DNA of 32,642 nucleotides from a virus (Duplodnaviria; Caudoviricetes), in IMG/VR virus record IMGVR_UViG_3300046058_000002, positions 1-32,642 of that record. One strand, 5' to 3'. Shown here piece by piece: positions 27,370 to 32,642 of the stretch. Numbering within the stretch: the first letter of the stretch is position 1; every line of letters begins with the position of its first letter. The position numbers and the translations under genes were made by a program. A model generated the notes under the pieces. It was given only the letters and a program-made list of their open reading frames with translations. It did not search any database and was not told the DNA's origin.

Positions 27370-28605
27370 GCTGTTGGTGTACTGCTGTATAGTCTAAGGT
27401 ACTGTCCTACTGTAAAGCTCCCAAAGTAGGACTATAACAATGTCCCCATACAGGGGCGCACGTCAACTGACTTCATCAGTGAAGCCAGCTTCCTCACTAC
27501 AATGAAAGGACAATAGTTTATATACCGTGGGGGGTGGTGAAGTCAGCCCCGTCAGGCTATTCAGCAACGCCGGTCATGAAGCGGAGAAGGTCGGCAGTTT
27601 TGTCACTATGCGCGCTTTCCAACTGTTCGACTTCGGCGATGGTTTCCGCGATAACGTCGCGGTCGTGTTCTTCACGAAGCTCTATGCCTGCGTCACGGAG
27701 TTGTTCGGGCAGTGATTGCTCCACAGGTGATATACGCGCTCTGATGACTTAAAAATGGGGCAAAAATCGGGGTGTTGTCATATCCAGTTGGGCATGAAAT
27801 GACCCCCCACCCCGTCGAAATCTGACTGAGAGCCGTCTGCAATGTACGTCGGGTTACTAAACTCGCGCGCGCCTCCCCGGTCTGATGTAATAACCCCCTG
27901 ATTTCCCTGACTTCACGCCCGTATGCCCCCATATCACGTCACATACACTTGACTTCATGCCACACTATCGCATGACGTGAAATATGGGGCACGCCCCCGG
28001 TTTCGGCGTATCTGTCCATATCGGCACGTTCACACTCCCAATGAGTCCATATTCAGCGTGTCCCCGGTCACTTCACCCTCGTTTTCCTGTCAGCATCCCG
28101 AATTTGCCGGATATTCCCGGCCTTATCGGTGTCAAAAGAGGTATTAGCAGGTTATTTGACCCTGAAATGAAGTCTATATCAGCCATATTCACCGGAAAAC
28201 ACCCCCCTGATTTCACCATCCAAGGCCCCCGGTTCACGAGGGGGGTGTGACTTCAGAATTTTGGAAGCTCAGCTACCTTAGCTCCGGGTTCTGTCCTCAA
28301 CTGTTGGCCCGCAGATTTCAGCAGTTCTGGCAGTAGCGTCTCTCTCCTCGGTCTAATCCTCTGCTTTTGGCTCACCTAACTCTCAAATCGGGGGGTTTGC
28401 CTCGATAAGCCCCGTTTTCTCCGGTTTCTGGACATCTCAGTATGCTCTACTCCCTGCTTAGGACGTTTGAGTATGGATTGTTACGTCATGTTCTACCTGC
28501 AAATATACCCCGTCTACCCTTATGGATAATCGGCTTTCATACCGCGCCACGGGGTTCCCGCCCGCATAATGCGCCGCGAACCCCGGCCGCGACGGTATCG
28601 GTAGA

Positions 28606-28612
28606 TTTATAT
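28606..28612 (+). promoter_or_regulatory. Archaeal TATA box for a leaderless transcript
   Basis: TTTATAT about 27-33 nt upstream of ATG 28639. Confidence 0.65.
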
Positions 28613-28638
28613 GATACCTCGGTCAATGGTCAGTTGCA

Positions 28639-29403
28639 ATGTCGAACCAAACCGAAGTTGCGACGAAGGTCGAAGAGCTTTCAACTACGTTGAACGTTGA
28701 TGTCGAAGACATCACCATCTCCATCGAAGATGGAGGACTCAGAGAGACTGTCATCAGCGGAGCTGATGTGGCAGAGTACCTCACCGAAGGTGAGGACGAA
28801 TCTGAGGACACCAGCGAAGCTGGTGAGGAGGACGAGGACATCAGCGAAGCTGATGAGGACACCACCGAAGGTGGTGAGGTGCATCTCGAAGAGATGGAGT
28901 ACAACGACCTGTTGGCTCTCATCAGCGAAGCTGATGTGGACTACCCCGAAGATTCCAGCAAAGCTGGACTCCTCGAAGCGGCAGAAGACATCGAAGATGT
29001 CAGCACCGTCATCGAAGATGACGAGGACATCAGCGAAGCTGATGAGGATGTCACCGAAGGTGACGATGACGAAGACACCATCGAAGATGGTGAGAACGAA
29101 GAAGACAGCATCTCCGATGCTGAACTGGTCGAAGCCGGAGTGAAGGAGTCTAACATCGAAGATGTTAGGAAGTACCGTTCGAAGAACGGTGTCTGCTCCG
29201 AGGAAAACTGCCCCTACGGGGCAAATAACGGCGAGGAGTTCTGTGCTTCCCATCAAGGAAGCAGTTCGAAGTCGAAGACTTCGACGGATTCCCCGAAGGG
29301 GAACCGGGAACTCTCCGACCTCAGCGAAGCTGAGCAGAACCTCGTTTCCTCCCTCATCGGAGATGAGGGGAAGAGCCTCGAAGAGGCTATCAGCATGGTG
29401 TGA
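28639..29403 (+). CDS. Very acidic protein with a HeH/Rho-N-like segment and a C3H zinc-finger-like motif
   Basis: LEEMEYNDLLALISEADVDYPEDSSKAGLLEA; CSEENCPYGANNGEEFCASH; EDISEADED duplicated; TATA box upstream. Confidence 0.75.
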   Translation: MSNQTEVATKVEELSTTLNVDVEDITISIEDGGLRETVISGADVAEYLTEGEDESEDTSEAGEEDEDISEADEDTTEGGEVHLEEMEYNDLLALISEADVDYPEDSSKAGLLEAAEDIEDVSTVIEDDEDISEADEDVTEGDDDEDTIEDGENEEDSISDAELVEAGVKESNIEDVRKYRSKNGVCSEENCPYGANNGEEFCASHQGSSSKSKTSTDSPKGNRELSDLSEAEQNLVSSLIGDEGKSLEEAISMV

Positions 29404-29531
29404 AGTCGTAGACTTCAAACACTCAAAGTCATAGACTTTGAATCTTATCACAAAGTGATACCGATGCCAATGACCACCTTCGGTGGTGACGGTCAGGCTT
29501 CGGCTTCGAAGAAGCCGGGACACAACTGACA

Positions 29532-29927
29532 ATGACCGACGAAGCCAACATCGAAGATGTTGCATCGACAGCAAATGACTTTAGCGAAGCTACCTCCGAA
29601 GAGGTTCAAAGGGCCGCTTTCGAAGAAAGCGATACCCCAACCAGCCTAATGGCTGGTGTCGAAGACCACGGCATCGGAGATGCCGATACCGTCAAAGGCC
29701 AAGCAAGGAGAGCCGAAGAGGTTCATCTCGAAGAGATGAGGGAAGACAGCGATAAGGTCGAAGGGTGGGATACCCCGGAGGTCGAAGACCTCGAACCCCT
29801 CCCGACTCCCAGCGAAGCTGAACTCGGGGAACTCTGCCGAGTTCCCGAAACCCAGTTCGAAGAACTGGAGCTTGTCGATAACGACACTCCGGCCCTTATC
29901 GGAGTCCTCGAAGAGGAGGGTCGGTAA
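29532..29927 (+). CDS. Acidic hypothetical protein (131 aa)
   Basis: ORF track; D/E-rich; the next ATG lies 1 nt after its stop. Confidence 0.7.
   Translation: MTDEANIEDVASTANDFSEATSEEVQRAAFEESDTPTSLMAGVEDHGIGDADTVKGQARRAEEVHLEEMREDSDKVEGWDTPEVEDLEPLPTPSEAELGELCRVPETQFEELELVDNDTPALIGVLEEEGR
29746..29759. repeat. 14-mer ACAGCGATAAGGTC, copy 4 (inside a CDS)
   Basis: Exact match. Confidence 0.8.
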
Positions 29928-29928
29928 G

Positions 29929-30174
29929 ATGTCCGACTCCGAAGGAGTCGAGAGCTACCCCCCGAAGGGGAACGGTCCCTTCGATTCAAGAGCCGAAGAG
30001 GCTATCGACTGGTATCAGCATTATATGGCTGTCGAGGTCGAAGACCTCGCTCTGGAGTACATCTCGAAGAAGGGGTCCGAAGGACCCGACCCATCTCCGA
30101 TGATGGAGAAGGCCGTCGAAGCTCGCTTCGAAGAAGCGGGGGAAGCCCTCCTCGGAGAAGAGGTGAACCGATGA
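29929..30174 (+). CDS. Acidic hypothetical protein (81 aa, MSDSEGVE...)
   Basis: Restarted at ATG 29929 with GGAGG upstream; ATGA overlap with the next ORF. Confidence 0.7.
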   Translation: MSDSEGVESYPPKGNGPFDSRAEEAIDWYQHYMAVEVEDLALEYISKKGSEGPDPSPMMEKAVEARFEEAGEALLGEEVNR

Positions 30175-30338
30175 ACGACTCCGAAGGAGTTGAGATGCCC
30201 TTCAGGGACTTCAGCGAAGCTGAAGATGACGAAGACCACGAGGACTGGAAGTCCTCACAGAGTCCCGAAGGGACTGTCGAAGTCTCTTCAGGACTGAAGG
30301 CTTCGAGAGACAGTCCCTCGAAGAAGGGAGAACGATGA
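30171..30338 (+). CDS. Small acidic protein (55 aa, MNDSEGVE...)
   Basis: Translated by hand; GAGGTGA RBS; ATGA overlaps at both ends. Confidence 0.65.
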   Translation: MNDSEGVEMPFRDFSEAEDDEDHEDWKSSQSPEGTVEVSSGLKASRDSPSKKGER

Positions 30339-30607
30339 AGCTCGAAAAGAGCTTCGACCTCTGTCGGAAGGCAGAGGAATACGAGGCTTCGACTCACCTC
30401 ATCCAAAGGATGAGGGAGCGACCCCTCCTCGAAGCAGATGTCGTTATCGACATTATCGAAGATGGCGACATCGTAGATGTCGATAGCAACGAAGGGGGTT
30501 CCGACCGATGTGTCACCCTTCGGGGTGACTGGTGCTTATCGACCTTCGAGGTCAAGCTCTGTCCGAAAGACAGGGTGGTCCAAACGGCCTATGAGGTCGA
30601 AGAATGA
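30335..30607 (+). CDS. DUF4258-like (RelE/BrnT-related) putative ribonuclease
   Basis: STHLIQRMRER...IIEDGDIV...VVQTAY matches the family pattern as I recall it. Confidence 0.65.
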   Translation: MKLEKSFDLCRKAEEYEASTHLIQRMRERPLLEADVVIDIIEDGDIVDVDSNEGGSDRCVTLRGDWCLSTFEVKLCPKDRVVQTAYEVEE

Positions 30608-30678
30608 TAGAAGCGATTTGGGTCCTCATCTTAACCCCCCTTGGGGTCTTCTGGACCTTTTCGGTGGTGCGATTCTGA
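30604..30678 (+). CDS. 24-aa hydrophobic membrane peptide
   Basis: MIEAIWVLILTPLGVFWTFSVVRF; GAGGT upstream; ATGA overlap. Confidence 0.45.
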   Translation: MIEAIWVLILTPLGVFWTFSVVRF

Positions 30679-30728
30679 CCCTTCGGCAGCAAAGACTCGA
30701 AGTGAGGCGCTTCGAATCCTAACCAGCT

Positions 30729-30771
30729 TTCTTCACCTCATAAGAGGTGAAGAAGGTCGGTTTTTTTTTTT
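30729..30771 (+). terminator. Hairpin plus T11 terminator
   Basis: TTCTTCACCTC-ATAA-GAGGTGAAGAA (11 bp), then a T run at 30761-30771, at the end of the operon. Confidence 0.75.
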
Positions 30772-31014
30772 CGCGCCCGCGCGGCAATTAATCGCGGGGG
30801 AATTAATAATGCGCTTTAAAAGCCGAAGGCTTTTCGCGCGAGCGAATTGGAATTGCCGCGCGAATTGCAATTGGCGAGCGTTAAGTGAATTAAGACGCGC
30901 GAGCCACCCCTTACGGGGTTCTAATGGGTTATGATTACCCTCCGGGGAAGGGAACCGCGAGGGACCCCGAAGGGAGGTCGCGCGGCTTCTTTCTTCGAAC
31001 GAAATTACTGTTAA

Positions 31015-31028
31015 ACAGCGATAAGGTC
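31015..31028. repeat. 14-mer ACAGCGATAAGGTC, copy 5
   Basis: Exact match in noncoding DNA, preceded by CTGTTAA. Confidence 0.85.
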
Positions 31029-32642
31029 GGCGGGGTTTTACTTAGAAGGAGGGAGGGTCCCTTAGTTAATTATTAGAAGGACCCCCTCCAGTCTTAATCG
31101 CGGGCGCGAAGGGTCGAGATTGGCTTTCTTCAATGCTCAAATCTCTGGAATTTGGCGATATTGAGAGATTTCCATGGATAAAGGCAAATCCCTCAGACTG
31201 TCGATTTCCCTACTCAGCGTCGGCCTCGCCGTCGATTTCTATTTTCCTCAAGATTTGCTTTTGGTTGTCGCAAAGATTGCCTGTATCAAACCCTACTGGA
31301 TAATCTCCTTGACAGATGGCTCATCGTCGGCTTTCGGCAGTATCAGCATAGCTAGCGTCGATTTCTCTACTCCCACCTGACTCCGACAGATATATATGGT
31401 ACCTCGGTCTATGGTGATACAGGTCGCTCGCACACAAGTTCTCCTCGTCCACACACACACGCGATGTGTTGTGCTGGACGGGGGGACCCCTCATCCCGCG
31501 TTTATTAAAGGGGTGAGAGGGGGCCTTTGGGGGCTTTAAGCCCTCGCACGATGACACCTTCGCCCCCTAAGGGAGTTCCCTTTAAGGGCGAAGCCCAAAT
31601 GGTTGCCTTCGGTTGTCCTGACCCCTTACGGGTCGAAGACGTTTTCAAGGGGCGTAAGAAGGCTTCGCGGGACGGTTAAAGTGCGCCTCCCTTAAGGGAG
31701 GACGTGTCAGTAGCCGCCGAATATCCAAAGGCGTTCGAAGGGGAGTTCCCCCGAAGGTTAAACGCCGAGTTCGACCCGACACCCTTCGTGTTTGTAAATT
31801 CATGTCGCGGTCTTCGGAAGAAGCCGCACCGAGGCGAGTTCACTCCTTAAGGGGTGAACATCGACCCGATGACGGAAGGTTCGGACCCTCGAAGAATTCC
31901 TTCGAGCTACGTTAACGGCATAGAGGGATTACAGCCCGGTAGGGCTGAACGCCCCATTAAGGACCTCACGAGGTCTAAGACTCGAAGCTCAACGCTAAGA
32001 TTCTTAGGCTTCTTAAGGGCATCGCCAGCCACACTTCCACCGAAAAGTGAGGCGGTAGAAACCTTCGAAGGGATTTATTAGAACCCTCGAAGGGGACCCG
32101 AAGTAGTGATTCAGGAGGTTCACACCCTTCGACCTCTTGAAAGCTCACGAAGACCGACCGACTTAGGAGGGTCACGATGACACCGTGACAGAGCCAAAGA
32201 CAGCCACGGAAAACCGGACGAAGAAGCTTTGAGCAAAGGCTCCGAGAGGGGTTCCGGCTCGAAGTGGAGTTACGGGGCAAATGCGACTCGAAGAGTGTTC
32301 CTCGAAGAGTTCTAAGACGACTGGCGTAACGGGGTTTCACCCCTCGAAGAGTTCCTTCGGGGTGGAGCGTTGTAAGGAACGGCCTTCGCTTCGGACTACA
32401 AAAGAAGCAAACGAGGAAGCCGAGAGACAGCTTCCAGCCCTTAAGGCGATGAAGTCACGCAACTGGCGAAGCCAAGAGACAGCCGACCCGGTTAGGGTCG
32501 AAGGTGGATTTATACGGCCTTCGACCCCCGGACCCGACCCTTCTCTTCGGGAAACAACAGGGAACGAGAAGTCACTCTGCGAAGTGAGTGACACAACCTT
32601 CCGACAAATGTCTGGATTCGACCTTAGCGACTCGATAGCGGC

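Larger units (their letters stand above)
28680..30482. repeat. Dense array of C(GNA)G-triloop inverted repeats
   Basis: About 43 perfect 6-8 bp stems counted by hand, e.g. TGATGTC-GAA-GACATCA (28698), CCTCACC-GAA-GGTGAGG (28779), CTAACATC-GAA-GATGTTAG (29150), CCCTCATC-GGA-GATGAGGG (29351), CTTCAGC-GAA-GCTGAAG (30209). Confidence 0.95.

Noticed and set aside
28681-29574. 297-aa minus-strand ORF
   Set aside because: Antisense shadow of the palindromic + strand codons; Leu/Phe/Ser-rich and not acidic.
28680-30482. CRISPR array or simple tandem repeat as the explanation for the hairpin array
   Set aside because: There is no constant repeat with unique spacers and no fixed period. Stems differ in sequence, and the only longer direct repeat is the ~29-nt DEDISEADED segment.
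30641-32594. Track ORFs of 68-121 aa in the right-hand region
   Set aside because: Arg/Ser/Pro-rich, not acidic, no translational coupling; treated as noncoding.

Overview
Segment of a haloarchaeal tailed dsDNA virus with a contractile tail (myovirus; gene order resembles HF1/HF2-type haloviruses, family not assigned). The proteins are strongly acidic. Four parts: (1) 1-4715, + strand: 3' part of a family B DNA polymerase, RtcB RNA ligase, small translationally coupled ORFs and a structured intergenic element. (2) 4768-27319, - strand: a complete morphogenesis module from terminase to tail fibre, including tail chaperones with a TTT-CGC +1 frameshift and a frame-split prohead protease. (3) 27320-28638: divergent intergenic region. 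(4) 28639-32642: a + strand operon of acidic ORFs and a DUF4258-like protein, then about 2 kb of hairpin-rich noncoding DNA. The most striking signal is in 28680-30482. By hand I count about 43 perfect 6-8 bp inverted repeats with varied stems, all closed by C-G around a 3-nt loop that is mostly GNA (usually GAA). They are written in frame into the coding sequences and are not evident in the rest of the window. An exact 14-mer (ACAGCGATAAGGTC) occurs five times in one orientation. All protein calls come from motifs and synteny, not database searches.
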